Part shown: positions 27,965-41,400 of the stretch, in pieces
Numbering within the stretch: the first letter of the stretch is position 1
Layout of the letters: each line of letters opens with the position of its first letter
The notes under the pieces: model-generated
Told to the model about the DNA's origin: nothing
Database searches by the model: none
The model's input: the letters and a program-made list of their open reading frames with translations, nothing else
Translations under genes and position numbers: made by a program
Source: Eledone cirrhosa
Lineage: Eukaryota
Assembly (NCBI GenBank): GCA_964016885.1
Contig: OZ024740.1
Span: forward strand, 93,496,001 to 93,560,000
DNA length: 64,000 bases
Direction: 5' to 3'

Positions 27965-28928
27965 TTAATAATAATAATAATGTTTTCTTTATTAACCACA
28001 AGGGTTTACATAAAGTAGACATTAGGGACAGTACAGGACAATACAGGAGGGTACAAATGGGCATTTCTGCGTGTAAAAAACGGAGGTTGAAATAAAATAA
28101 CAAAGAAAAATTCCCCAATAGGGGGGAGACTTCTGAGGGACATTTGTGGAGGAAGCCCATTAAAAGACCACAGTGCCTCTGACCACCAGGGCAAGTGCCC
28201 TCTCCCAGTTTTCCACCTTTAATTTACAGACACATACTCAGAGAAGGCCCATTCATTCGGGCCATACTTGCTTCTCTCACCCATCTTTCAACAAAATGCT
28301 GGGAAGAGAGCACTTCCCTCTCTACCCTGATTTTCCTTTTCAAATGAAATTTGAAAAAGTTAATCAGGGCATCACCGAAGAGGTAAGTGCTCGTCTTCAG
28401 CCCTTTCAAACGTGTCTACCATACTATCTCTTTCGCCATGGCCACCAGACAGATAAAAACTGCCTGCCCTTCCCGGCTAAAGGAAGGGGGCGGGGCAATC
28501 CTCACGATGGACTCAGCTGATAGCTGGATCCGTCCTACAAGTGACAGCAGGTGTTCGACATGAACCCACAAGTCAGCAATGCTCGGACACTGGACGAGTG
28601 CGTGCAGGACGGTTTCGTCGCCCTGCGCGCATCTCGGACATGCCCGGCTGACGGCACCTACATGCCTGTAGAGTTTATCCCGAACTGGCAAAGCTCCTCG
28701 GTAGCACTGCCAGGCCAGGGATTTCTGGAAGTTGTCCATAGGCCCCGGCCCGAAAGTCCTTCCGAAGAGATTGGCTAGTGGATTTTCGTCGACGCCTAGA
28801 GTTTCTCCAAGTGCGTCGTCGCTCTTCCCCTCCACTAATCCCCTATAGAACGCCAAGGTGGAGTTTCCACCGATCACATTGCCCGATTGGTCGAGGGCTG
28901 TGAGCGCCTGAAGACATTCCAGTCTCCA
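27934..28928 (-). mobile_element. Tx1-like A-family copy A2, 5'-truncated (~1 kb)
   Basis: Tail 27934-27981, A-type 3'UTR, ORF2 C-terminus with CPRC..H...C motif; truncated at 28928 where the next tail begins. Confidence 0.93.
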
Positions 28929-31900
28929 TAATAATAATGATTTCTTTATTAACCACAAGGGTTTACATAAAGTAGACATTAAGGACAGTGCAGGACAATA
29001 CAGGACGGTACAAATGGGCATTTCTGCGTGTAAAAAACAAAAACAGAGGATGTAACAGAAAATAACAATGAAAAATTCCCAAATAGGGGGGAGACTTCGT
29101 AGGGACATTTGTGGAGAAGCCCAGTAAAATGCCACAGTGACCCTGACCACCAAGGCAAGTGCCCTCTCCCAGTTTTCCACCTTTAATTTACAGATATATA
29201 CTCAGAGTAGGCCCATTCACTCGGGCCATTCTTGCTTCTCTCACCCATCTTTCAACAAAATGCTGGGAAGAGAGCACTTCCCTCTCTACGCTGATTTTCC
29301 TTTTCAAATGAAATTTGAAAAAGTCAAACAGAGCATCACCGAAGAGGTAAGTGCTCGTCTTCAGCCCTTTCAAACGTGTCCACCATACTATCTCTTTCGC
29401 CATGGCCACCAGACAGATAAAAACTGCCTGCCCTTCCAGGCTAAAGAAGGAGAGCGGGGCAATCCTCATGATGGACTCAGATGATAGCCGGATCCGTCCT
29501 ACACGCGACAGCAGATGTTCGACATAAACCCACAAGTCAGCAATTTTCGGACACTGAACGATGCATGCAGGACGGTTTCGTCGTCCTGCGCGCATCTCGG
29601 ACATGCCCGGCTGACGGCACCTCCATGCCTGTAGAGTTTATCCCGAACTGGCAAGGCTCCCCGGTAGCACTGCCAGGCCAGAGATTTCTGGAAGTTGTCC
29701 ATAGGCCCTGGCCCGAAAGTTCTTCCGAAGAGATTGGCTAGTTGATTTTCGTCGACGCCTAGAATTTCCCCAAGTGTACGCCGTCACTCTTCCCCTCCAC
29801 TAATCCTCTATAGAACGCCGAGGTGGATTTTCCACCGATCACATTGCCCCATTGGTCGAGGGCTGTGAGCGCCTGAAGACATTCCCTTCTCCAAGCGCTC
29901 CCTCTCGGTCTTCGCTTGACCCAGGACTGCAGCTCCGTCAAGGAAACGAGCTGGGGAAGTACTGTCTAGCAAACGGCGACCACACCTGATCACCGTCGAG
30001 GAAGAGGTGGAGATGTCGTAGCCTGATCGCTTGCCTGCGCATAATCAGCGACGGCATGCCCAGCCCTCCACGTAGTGGGTGTTGACAACAGATGGACCGC
30101 CTGACCATCGGAGCGCGTCCCTTCCCCAACAAGCGAAAGAGCAAACACTCCAGCGCAGTCAGGCGAGGCTAGGACAAGGTACGACGGTCAGGCGGTAGCA
30201 GAAGACAGACGCGATGTACGCTATAGCCACCTCCGCTCGACTTTTCAGGGATAGCTTCCTCTCCGCCCATTTCTAAGTGAGAGAAGCCAGCCTGCTCGTC
30301 ACATCGTCCCAGTTTTTGTCCGTCTCGAGGTCCGGACCTAAACAGAACCCTAGCAATTTACCGGTCGGTCCGCCCAGTATCCGACAACGCTGTTGGACGG
30401 CATGGACCTGCCTCTCCAGGTGCCGAGCTGCAGGCCCACTGACTTTTCCTGGTTGATCATTGCTCCTGTCACCGCTTCGTATTCTCTTAGTGTAGTGCCG
30501 ATCGCCTCGATGTGTTTGGCGTTCGACACCACTACGGTGACATCGTCCGCATATGCTGACACGGATCTTCCGCATCCTAGTTCGCGTGGGACGCCCCTCA
30601 ACGTCTCCAGTTTGTGCAGTAATGGCTCGAGAGTCAATAGGTACAAGAGGGATGAGAGGGGACATCCTTGGCGGACCGAGCGCATGATGTTGAACGGTTC
30701 CGAAAGGTGACCGTTCACTCTCACCACAGAGCAGATGTCGCTGTGCATGGCACATGAAGACAGGCCCCAAATCAGCCGCCCTCAGGAGTGCCGCTAGGTA
30801 ACGATGGTCGACCCTATCGAAAGCTTTCTACTGATCTAAATTGATCAAGCACCCACCCGTGCCAGGTTCCCTAGCTACCCTCTCTACGATGTATCGCATG
30901 AGGTGGAGGTTGTCGTGGATGGATATGTCAGTGCCACCGCTCCTCGGCTCACAGAACTGGGAATTCTCCCGTTCTGTTCCCAGTTGCAGTAGACGTCCGC
31001 CAAGAGGCCTCCGAACAAGTCTGGCATCTGTACGTAAAGTTCATAGGGCAGACCATCCAAACCAGGCGATTTACCCCTTGTGCAGCCAGTCATTGCCTCC
31101 CTTACTTCAGTGGCTCTTATCAGCTTTTCGCAAAACTCCGCCTCAGTGGCCGAGTGCCGCGGCAGTCCGTCGAGGTAGACACTAAAGTACATCCCTAGAA
31201 TGGTGACAGCCTATGCTAGACCTATCTATTTCCCTACAAAATACTCTATCTAGATATGATCTGGATGACCCTATGCGATTTGTCCAAGTCCACATTGGCA
31301 CATTCGGGAAATCCAATCGGTACCTGTCAGACAGTTCAAAACGCCTGAGCAGGTTGGTGAGGCTCTTGCACCCTCCACCCCTATCCCCCAATCCCACAAC
31401 GTCCCAGCGTGCATCTAAGATCCCGTTCCAGTCGCCCACTAACACTAAAGAGCGGATGTTCCAGGAAAGGTCTCCAGACGCCGGAAGAAATCAGGCCGCC
31501 CTACTCCTGTCGGGGCATAGACGGCCACTAGCCTGAAAGCTTGCCCGTCTCCGCTGGTCACGTCCAGCACCACCAACTTAAACTCTGGGTCCAGGAAGAT
31601 GGCCCGTATGACGAGATCCAAACCTCTCCGAAAAAGCACAGCAACTCCTACCCCCCGATCCAGGACGGCTGGTAGAAGCGTACACATCGTAGCCGCCGAA
31701 GATCCGTGCGAAGGCCCGTTTCGGAGATCCTGGTCTCACTGATGGCCACTATATCTATCTTTAGTGACCTGAGGTCGTTGAGCAGGTGACCCTGCTTCCA
31801 TGGCCACCCCAAGCCACACGCATTTATGCTGCCTATTCTGAGTGAGGTTATGTTTAAAATAGAGTGCAAAAAAATGTGAAAGACCAGTTACCGTACTTTT

Positions 31901-34181
31901 CGTAGAGGAGGGATGGTTTTTCCATCCCTTTTCACTTGATCGTCTGGTGAAGGGACCGTTGAATCGTCCCTTCAGCTGGTTGTCGGCGCTTCTATGAGTA
32001 TGTCCGAATATACTCTTCGTTTGAGTGTCCCTCCTAGGTCTCTGAAATCACCAACTGCGTTGGGGAATTTCGTTTTAATGTTTGTGTATTGTTTCTGTGC
32101 TACTTTTAGCAGTCTTATGTTAGTTGGCGTTTTGATTGGTGCTGGTATTATGTAGTCGTGTTGTGAAATGTCTGTGTGTTCAATTATGTAAGTCATTAGT
32201 TTCTTGTTGTGTGCATTTGTTTTTCTGGGGGTGTGGTGTGCTTCTACTATTTTCTTGTCGCTGTTGCTGGGTGTGTGTGTTTTGTTGTTGTGTTTGCGAT
32301 GTTGGTGCTTGTGGTGGTGGTGTTGAAGGTGTTGTTGTTGTTGGCGGTGGTGATGGTGGTGCTAGTGTGGGTGGTGATGGTGTTGGTGGTGTTGCTGCTG
32401 TGAGTCTCTTTGCAGTAGCCTTTACCCTTTTTTCATTACTTTCCTTCCTTTTCAAAGGCGACGACGCGCTGCTTCTGCGTTTGTGCCTTACGATCTTTTG
32501 CCATCACTCTCCCACCTCACACTCCATGTCTGATTCTGTGAGGTCGGGGAGGGGTACCAGCCCCACTCTTTCACTTGTTGTTGTTGGTGATATTTGCACT
32601 GGAGTCTCTGTTGCAGCTGCATTTGGTATTGCTGTTGTTGTTGTTAATACTTCCACTGCTGCTGCTATTTTTGATTTCCGTGGCGTGGGTATGGGTACCA
32701 CGGACCTATCGTTCCTGGTTGCCGCTTGTCCTGTTGCTGGTAGCCGTGGAGCCGGTTTCGGAAGGAGAGGGGGGGTTCTCCTTTCTCAGGGTATTCTCGT
32801 TGCAGAAGGCACTGAGGTGAGTCTTCGATCCACAGCGAAAGCATTTCGGGCGTTTACCCTCAACACTTATGGTCAGTTGATTGCCGTTATCGAAGTCTAT
32901 CACATCCGGGATAGCTTCGATGCACTCCTGGTTGATTTGGATTAACATCTCAATGGAGGTGCGGACCCAATCTTCTCATACTTTTTTCTGTACTTGCAGT
33001 ACAGTTGTTTTGTCCTCGATTCCGACGAAGACAGACGCGGCCAGCCAAGAAGGGGCCATCCCGGGGGGGGGGGGGCGTGGGTCAGTTTTGCCCTCACAAT
33101 TTTTTACCCGCAGTAGGACGGCACCAACACCATTTCCTCGCTCCTTAGGGTCACTACGGATTGAGCCTTTGCCTCCTGGGGTGTGGCAAAAAGTACGTCT
33201 ACGGTGGCATATTTCTTGCCTCGGGTGTTGTGCGTTTTCCGCTGCCACACAGTCCCCAAGGCTTTTTGTATTTGAGCCTCTGTGGCTCTTTCAACCCTAT
33301 GGGATTTTGTACTTACTGTACGGTACGTGACCGTACACTGCTGTTGGGTTTCGAAAAATGTTTCCGCTGCTTTGCAGATTGTTCGGTGTCCAGATTTTGT
33401 CACCATCTTCTTCGCTTCCTCTAATTCCTCATTTGTTATGAAGATGGTTTCCAGGTTGTTTGCGATACCTGCAAACAAGATTTGTTTTTCTTTGCTGCTG
33501 TTGTTGTTGTTGTTGTCGTCAGAGCTGCTGTTACTGTTGTTGTTGCTGCAGGTACTACGACTACTGCCGCCGCCGCTGTTGCTGTGGTTGTTGTTGTTGT
33601 TGCTGCTGCCGCTGTTGTTGTTGCTGATAATGATGTTGTTGTTTATGCTGCTGCTGATGCTGTTGCGGCTGTTACTGTTGTGTTCCTTGTCACTGTAGCT
33701 GCTGTTATTACGGCTGCTATTGCTAGTATTCCTGACGTCAGCCCAATGAAATGGGTTTTCGTATTTCTTGCACAACCTTTTCGTCGTTGCTCGCTTTGCA
33801 CGTGATTTTTCTTTTCTGGTGTCAGTTGCGAAAGAGAAGTGAGGGAGAGTGACACATTTAGAGAAGAGAGGGAGAGAGACAATCTTCTCTCTGCTGTAGT
33901 GACGGTTAAGGAAGAAGAAGACGGAATGAGTGGGAGTGACCTATGAAAATTATTTTTCGTAGCCAGGTTGTTTTTTTGTTTAAAATAAATATTGGGCACA
34001 AAAAACCAATAGGCGGTTATTTAACCACGAAGGGCCAAATAACGGGCAGAAAGACCCCTCTCACGAGGAGGAGGGTGTTTTTATCTACAAGTTGGTTAAA
34101 GTTTTAAACAAATTACAATTATTATAGCGGTCAAAATTTACAATACCTTACAGAGCCGAGCCTCCGTCAACCATAGCAGTC
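28929..34181 (-). mobile_element. Tx1/L1-clade LINE copy A3, reaches 5' end, two internal deletions
   Basis: Colinear with A1. Deletions near 30927 (RT) and 31195 (EN-RT linker). YADD present. 5'UTR nearly identical to A1. Confidence 0.95.
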
Positions 34182-34779
34182 AATAATAATAATAATAATA
34201 ATGTTTTCTTTATTAACCAGAAGGGTTTACATAAAGTAGACATTAAGGACAGTACAGGAAAATACAGGACGGTACAAATGGGCATTTCTGCGTGTAAAAA
34301 AACAGATGTAATAAAATAACAAAGAAATAGGGGGGGGGGGGAGACTTCCGAGGGACATTTGTGAAGAAAGCCCATTAAAAGACCACAGTGACCCTGACCA
34401 CCAGGGCAAGTACCCTCTCCCAGTTTTCCACCTTTAATTTACAGACACATACTCAGAGTAGGCCCATTCACTCGGGCCATACTTGCTTCTCTCACCCATC
34501 TTTCAACAAAATGCTGGGAAGAGAGCTCTTCCATCTCTACCCTGATTTTCCTTTTCAAATTAAATTTGAAAAAGTTAATCAGGGCATCACCGAAGCGGTA
34601 AGTGCTCGTCTTCAGCCCTTTCAAAGGTGTCCACCATACTATCTCTTTCGCAATGGCCACCAGACAGATAAAAACTGCCTGCCCTTCCCGGCTAAAAGAA
34701 GAGGGCGGGGCAATCCTAACGATGGACTCAAGATGATAGCCAGATCCGTCCTACACGCGACAGCAGGTGTTCGACATAA
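34182..34779 (-). mobile_element. Tx1-like A-family copy A4, 5'-truncated (~0.6 kb)
   Basis: Tail 34182-34202, A-type 3'UTR, last part of ORF2. Confidence 0.92.
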
Positions 34780-37700
34780 AGAGTGTTTAAATGTCGAACC
34801 TAAACAGTTCGAATAGCGGTGAAGTGGAGACTAGAATGTCATGTGACAGACTCTCACCCAGCAGGTGCTCCTTGGCTCGGCAGCAGGGAGCTCAACAGGG
34901 CTGTCAACCAAATACTGCTGGTGTCATAGGAAGAAGAAGAAGTAAAGGGACCAGAACCAACTGGACGAAAGAATTGAATAGAACTGTTATGCAATGTTAC
35001 CTGAAGAGTAACCCCAAGGAGAAAGGCTATACGAAACGGATGCATATCATATGGAACGAGATTGGTCTATTTAAATTAGATGAACAAAAATTGGCCGGGG
35101 AGGCTCGGGTAATAAGAACTAATGGGTGGATAAGCGAAATGGAACTGGAGGAACTGAGCAGAGAGATTAGCTTGGAAATGGAGAGTGGAGTATGGCAGGC
35201 AAACGAGCCAGTGGGAAATGAAGATCAGGAGGTTGAGAGAACGGAGGAACCATCCGAAGCAGACAATGATCTGAATGCTGAAATAAATAATTGTTTCTAC
35301 TTTAGGCACAAGGCCAGCAATAACCCAGTGCATTACTGGTACTTTATTTTATCGACCCCGTAAGGATGAAAGGCAAAGTCAACCTCGGCGGGATTTGAAC
35401 TCAGATCGTAAAGGGACGTAACTATGCTGGAAAGGATGGCGTCCGACCCTCTACCGATACTACCAATCTGGAACAAAGATACGGCCATTGAGGAGATGAA
35501 TGGTGACAGGCTAGGACTAGATTTGTTTGATATCCTAAACTTAGTGGTAGATGAATTGAACAATGATAGTGGGAAACCTATGAAGCTAAGATTTGTAGAC
35601 AGAAAAAAGTAAAAAAAAACAATAGCTAAGGTAAACAAAGTCATCCCATACGTTGAGGCGAGGAGCCTTCACCAGTGCAACAATATCCTCAAAGCAACAG
35701 CAAATGCGGTGATGAAATTACTTGGTAGAAAAGCGAGAGGAAACAACGAACAAGACAGATCAGAGATTTGGTGGAAGAAATGACTGAATGGTCAAATCAG
35801 GGAAATTAGAAATGACATTGGAAAGCTTGAGTCCCTACTGAATAGGACACTAAAAAACAAAGACACTAAAAATAGACTGGAAATAAAGTACAAAACTAGG
35901 AGGAAAAAGCTAAATATTATCATAGAGGAACTGAAGCAACGCATTGTAGCAAAGAGTGCAGAAATTACGCGATACGAGAGCAGAGTCAGTCAGTATAGAC
36001 ATAACCGCATATTTGACAACAACCAGAAGATGCTATCTGGACATCTTGAGGGAAAGAAAGAGGCTTGATCCCTGAGGCGGAACAAACTAAAACATTCTGG
36101 AGCAGGATGTTAAACATAATGACCAGGCAGTGTGCATTGAGACAGTACTGAAGGAGATTAGTGAACAGGCACACCAACAAACTGATTTGAGTATCACAGT
36201 TGAAACTCTTAAGGGGCAGGCCTAAAAAATAACCAACTGGAAATCACCAGGCCCAGATGGTGTGCAGGGGTATTGGATTAAAAATATAACATCCCTCCAC
36301 CCGAAACTGACAATCATGTTCAATGATTGCTTGATTTCCGGTGAGGTACCAGAGTGGTTGACAAAAAGTACCACAGTTCTGGTAATGAAAGACCGAATCA
36401 AGGGTAATGATGTTACCAACTATAGACCTATCACATTTCTGTCGGTAATGTGGAAACTGTTGACAAGCATTATGTCTGAGGAAATCTACCATCACCTCCG
36501 CACAAACAACTTGTTACCGGACGAACAGAAAGGATGCCGAAAGAAATCCTGTGGTACAAAGGACCAGTTACTTATTGATGAGATGGTAATGAGGAATTGC
36601 AAGAGGAGACACACTGGTCTTGCCATGGGATGGATAGACTACAAAAAGGCATTTGACATGGTGCCTCATTCTTGGATCACCAAAAGACTATAGATCTTCA
36701 AGGTGGCAGATAACATCAGACAGTTGTTGGGCAAAAGTATGAAGTCCTGGAAAACAGAGTTAACATCAGCTGGATAATCCTTGGGAGGCGTGAAGATCAA
36801 GAGAGGTAACTTCCAGGGAGATAGTCTGTCCCCTCTGTTGTTAGTCCTTGCCGTGATGCCCCTGACAATTCTACTCCGAAAATGAGAGCAGAATATAAGT
36901 TGGGAAAGGGAGAGCTTACCATCAATCACATACTCTTCATGGACGATCTTAAGCTCTTCGGAAAGAGTGAGAAGGAGTTGGATGTGCTTGTTGACACTGT
37001 CCGTATTTTCAGCAATTATATATGTATGCAATTTGGTATTAGTAAGAGTGGAGTCCTTGTGAGGAAGATTGGTAAATTGAGCAGAAGCAACGGAATCCAG
37101 GTACCAACAGGTGAGATGATAAAGGAAATTGACACTGAAGAAGGATACAAGTATGTGGGTGTTCTGGAGGCAGATGACATCAAGAACAAAAAAATGAAGG
37201 AATTGATAAGATCTGAATACATTCGGAGAGTAAGGAGCGTATTAAAGTCACATCTGAACAGTAGGAATGCCATAAGTGCAGTAAATTCCCGAGCTCTGTC
37301 TATTATTAGGTACAGTGCGGGAATTCTGAAATGGAATGTTGCTGAACAAAAAGAAATGGATAGGAAGACAAGGAAGCTATTGACTATCTACAACATGTTC
37401 CACAAGAGGAGTGTTGTCGATAGATTCTACTTAAGGAGATCTGAAGATGGAAGAGGTCTTATCAGCATAGAGGACTGTGTTCAGATGGAGAAAAACAACC
37501 TACACAAATACGTGACTGAGAGTAAGGAATCAAGCCGAGAACTGTACTGAAGGAGAGGACAATAGACCAGGGGATGTCCAAGGAGAAAATAACAACAAGG
37601 AGAAAGAGCAGCCTTCAGGAAATATCCCTTCATAATACCTTCTTTGAGAAAATTGAATTCAGATATTCACAGACATGGAACTGGTTGAAAAGAAGAGACC

Positions 37701-38385
37701 TTAAAAAGGCTACAGAAGGAATGTTAATGGCTGCGCAAGAGCAGGCCCTCAAAACGAAGTGGTTGAAACACCATATTTACAAGGAGGAGGTTAGCCCACT
37801 GTGCAGGATCTGTGGAGAGATAGGAGACTGTGGCTCACATTGTATTCGAGTGTAAACACCTAGCCCAGACTCACTATAAGGGCTGGAGACATGATGTGAT
37901 GGGCAGGGTGATCCACTGGCACCTATGCAAAGTAAACAATTTATCACATTCTGAGAAGTGGTATGAGCATAAGCCAGAGTCGGTGATAGAAAAAGATTAG
38001 GTGAAGGTGCTGTGGGATTTTAGGATACGGATGGACAAGAAACTGGAACACACTATACTTGACCTGGTGGTTTTGGACAAAGAAAAAAGATCGTGCAATA
38101 GAAGGAGAGGGAGAAAATTAACCGATACCAGAACTTAAAGTGGGAGGGAGGTAAAAAGGATTTGGAACTGCTATGAAGTCAAAGTGGTCCCGGTTGTCAT
38201 AGGCGCACTAGGTACTATCTCAAAAAGTTTCCAGGGATGGTTAAAGAAATTTGGCCCCTTCACGCTTTTTGGAACCCTTCAAAAGGCGTGCTTGCCGGGA
38301 ACAGCAAGAACCCTCCGATACGTCCTGAATATCTGAGGCTGCAGGTAATGGCTTGATATTCATTTCGACAAACTTTCCAGTTAAC
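34780..38385 (+). mobile_element. Near full-length R4/Dong-clade non-LTR retrotransposon (single ORF RT-CCHC-RLE), disrupted
   Basis: WTKELNRTVMQCYLKSNPKEKGYTKRMH (N-terminus), NYRPITFL, EQKGCRK..GTKDQLLID, WIDYKKAFDMVPHSW, FQGDSLSPLL, NHILFMDDLKLF, GRGLISIED, TEGMLMAAQEQAL, CRICGE; several stops and frameshifts. Confidence 0.92.
35286..35468 (-). mobile_element. Near full-length SINE inserted in the R4/Dong ORF
   Basis: Closely matches 21726-21910. Confidence 0.92.
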
Positions 38386-38387
38386 TA

Positions 38388-38452
38388 GGCCAGCAATTAC
38401 ACAGTACATTACTGGTACATTATTTTATCGACCCCGTAAGGATGAAAGGCAA

Positions 38453-38456
<4 letters not shown>
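38388..38456 (-). mobile_element. SINE fragment at the R4/Dong 3'UTR
   Basis: GGCCAGCAATTAC..ACTGGTAC..TCGACCCCGTAAGGATGAAAGGCAAAGTT. Confidence 0.85.
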
Positions 38457-38490
<34 letters not shown>

Positions 38491-41400
38491 CTTTCTTTAT
38501 TAACCACAAGGGTGTACATAAAATAGACATTAACGACAGTACAGGACAATACAGGACGGTAAACATGGGCATTTCTGCGTGTAAAAAACATGAAACAGAG
38601 GATGAAATAATAGAACAATGATAACATTCCCCAATAGTGGGGAGACTTCCGAGGGACATTCGTTGTGAAAGCCCATTAAAAAGCCACAGTGACGCTGACC
38701 ACCAGGGCAAATGCCCTCTCCCAGTTTTCCACCTTTAATTTACAGACACATACTCAGAGTAGGCTTATTCACTCGGGCCATTCTTTCCTCTCTCACCCAT
38801 CTTTCAACAAAATGCTGGGAATAGAGCACTTCCCTTTCTACCCTGATTTTCCTTTTCCAATGAAATTTGAAAAAGTTAATCAGGGCATCACCGAAGAGGT
38901 AAGTGCTCGACTTTCGCCATGGCCACCAGGCAGATAAAAACTGCCTGCCCTTTCCGGCTAAAGGAAGAGGGCGGGGCAATCCTCACGATAGACTCAGCTA
39001 ATAGCTGGATGCGTCCTACACGCGACAGCATGTGTTCGACATAAGCCCACAAGTAAGCAATGCTCGGACACTGGACGAGTGCGTGCAGGATGGTTTCGTC
39101 GCCCTGCGCGCATTTCGGACATGCCCGGCTGACTGGACCTCCATGCCTGTAGAGTATATCCCGAACTGGCAAAGCTCATCGGTAGCACTGCCAGGTCGGG
39201 GATTTCTGGAATATGTCCATAGGCCACTGCCCGAAAGTTCTTCCGAAGAGATTGGCTAATTGATTTTCGTCGACGCCTAGAGTTTCCCAAAGTACGTCGT
39301 CGCTCTTCCCCTCCACTAATCCTCTATAGAACGCCAATGTGCAGTTTCCACCGATCACATTGCCCGATTGGTCGAGGGCTGTGAGCGCCTGAAGACATTC
39401 CAGTCTCCAAGCGCTCCCTCACTGTCCTCGCTTGACCCAGGACAGCAGTTCCGTGAAGGAGACGAGCTGAGCCAAGACATGTCTAGCAAACGGCGACCAC
39501 ACCTGAACACCGTCGAGGAAAAGGTGGAGATGTCGTAGCCTGAGCGCGTTGTCTGCGCATCATCAGCCACGGCATTCCCTGTCCTCCACGTAACGGGTGT
39601 TGACAGCAGATAGACCGCCTGACCATCGGAGCGCGTCCCTTCCACAAAAAGCGAAACAGCAAACGCTTCAGTGCAGTCAGGCGGGGCTTCGGACAAGGTA
39701 CGACGGTCAGGCGGTAGTATATGACGGACGTGATATACGTGTTAGCCACATCTGTTCGACCTTTCAGGGATAGCTTCCTCTCGGTCCATTTCTGGGTGTG
39801 AGAAGCCACCCTGCTCGTCACTTCGTCTCAGTTTTTTGTCCGTCTGGAGATACGGACCGAACCAGACACAGAGCAATTAACGGTCCGTCCGTCCAGCGCC
39901 CAACGACGCTGTTGGACGGCATGGAGCTGGCTCTCCAGGTGCCGAGCTGCAGGCCCACTGACTTTTCATGGTATATATTGCTCCTGTCACCGCTACGTAT
40001 TCTCATAGTGTAGTGCCGATCGCCTCGATGTGTTTGGCGTTCGACACCACTACTGTGACATCGTCCGCATATGCTGACACGGATCTTCCGCATCCTAGTT
40101 CCCCCTCCCCCTCAACGTTTCCTGTCTGTGCAGTAATGGCTCGAGAGTCAATAGGTACAAGAGGGACGAGAGGGGACATCCATGGCTGACCGAGCGCATG
40201 ATGTTGAACGGTTCCGAAAGGTGACTGTTCACTCTCACCACAGAGCAGATGTCGCTGTGCATGGCAGCGGTCCAGCCTCTGAAGACGGGCCCAAAGCCAG
40301 CATCCCTCAGGACTGCCGCTGGGTAACGATGGTCGACCCTATCGAAAGCTTTCGACTGATCTAAATTGATCAAGGAGCCACCCGTGCCAGGTTCCCTAGC
40401 CACCCTCTCTACGATGTATCGCATGAGGTCGAGGTTATCGTGGATTGATCTGTCGGGAACGACGCATGTCTGCGCCTCTACCACCAGACTACCATCGACA
40501 AGCGCCAACCTCTTTGCTAGCACCTTGGCCAAAATCTTGAACACTGTGTTTAGCAGAGTTATGGGCGTAAAATGATCTATGTTATCCCCCTTGTTCGGAT
40601 CCTTTCTCAGCAGCGCTACAGTTCCAAGGTTCACAGAGCTGGGAATTCTCCTGTTCTGTTGCCAGTTGCAGTAGACGTCCGCCAAGAGTCCTCCGAACAA
40701 GTCTGGCATCTGTACGTAAAGTTCATAGGGCAGACCATCCAAACCAGGCGATTTACCCGTTGTGCATCCAGTCATTACCTCCCCTACTTCAGCGGTTGCT
40801 ATCGGCTTTTCGCAACACTCCACCACAGTGGCCAAGTCCCGCGGCAGACCGTCGAGTTGACACTAAGGTCCATCCCTCGATCTTCTGCCCCCGAACAGCT
40901 GAGCGAAGTGTCGCTGAAAAGCTTCACACATTTGCCCGGGATCGAGTAGCATGTGCCCGTCGTGGTCCACCAAAGACCGGATCGTGGCTTTGTTGTCACG
41001 ATGCGACTCCGCCACTCGGGCCCATTGTACGGCTTTCGTCCCCTCGTGTCTGAGAGCACGCACCCTTGCTCTGACAACGCAGCCTTCGTGCTTTGCATTG
41101 AAGAATTGGTCAAGGGCCAATTTCGGCGCAAGTACGTCGGTCGCGATGCATTTGCTAAGCGCCTCGTCTAATTTTCTAACTATTTCTCCCTCTGCTCTAT
41201 TTTTCTCTATTGCTAAAGCCTTACTAAACCTAATTGACTCTATTCTAATTGCTCTTTTTAGAGCAAGCCACCACTTGCTGTTGACGATGGTCCCCGTCAA
41301 CGCCCTCTTAACTAGTTCGCTAATCCGGTCTCTGTAGACCTTTCGCGCTGGTAAGGATGCGTTTAGCTTCCTGTAGCCGGGTCCTCATGTATGAGGCCTA

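Noticed and set aside
28416-29180. 254-aa ORF joining a hydrophobic N-terminus to the ORF2 C-terminus
   Set aside because: Chance in-frame read across the A3 3'UTR, the ATT tail and truncated A2
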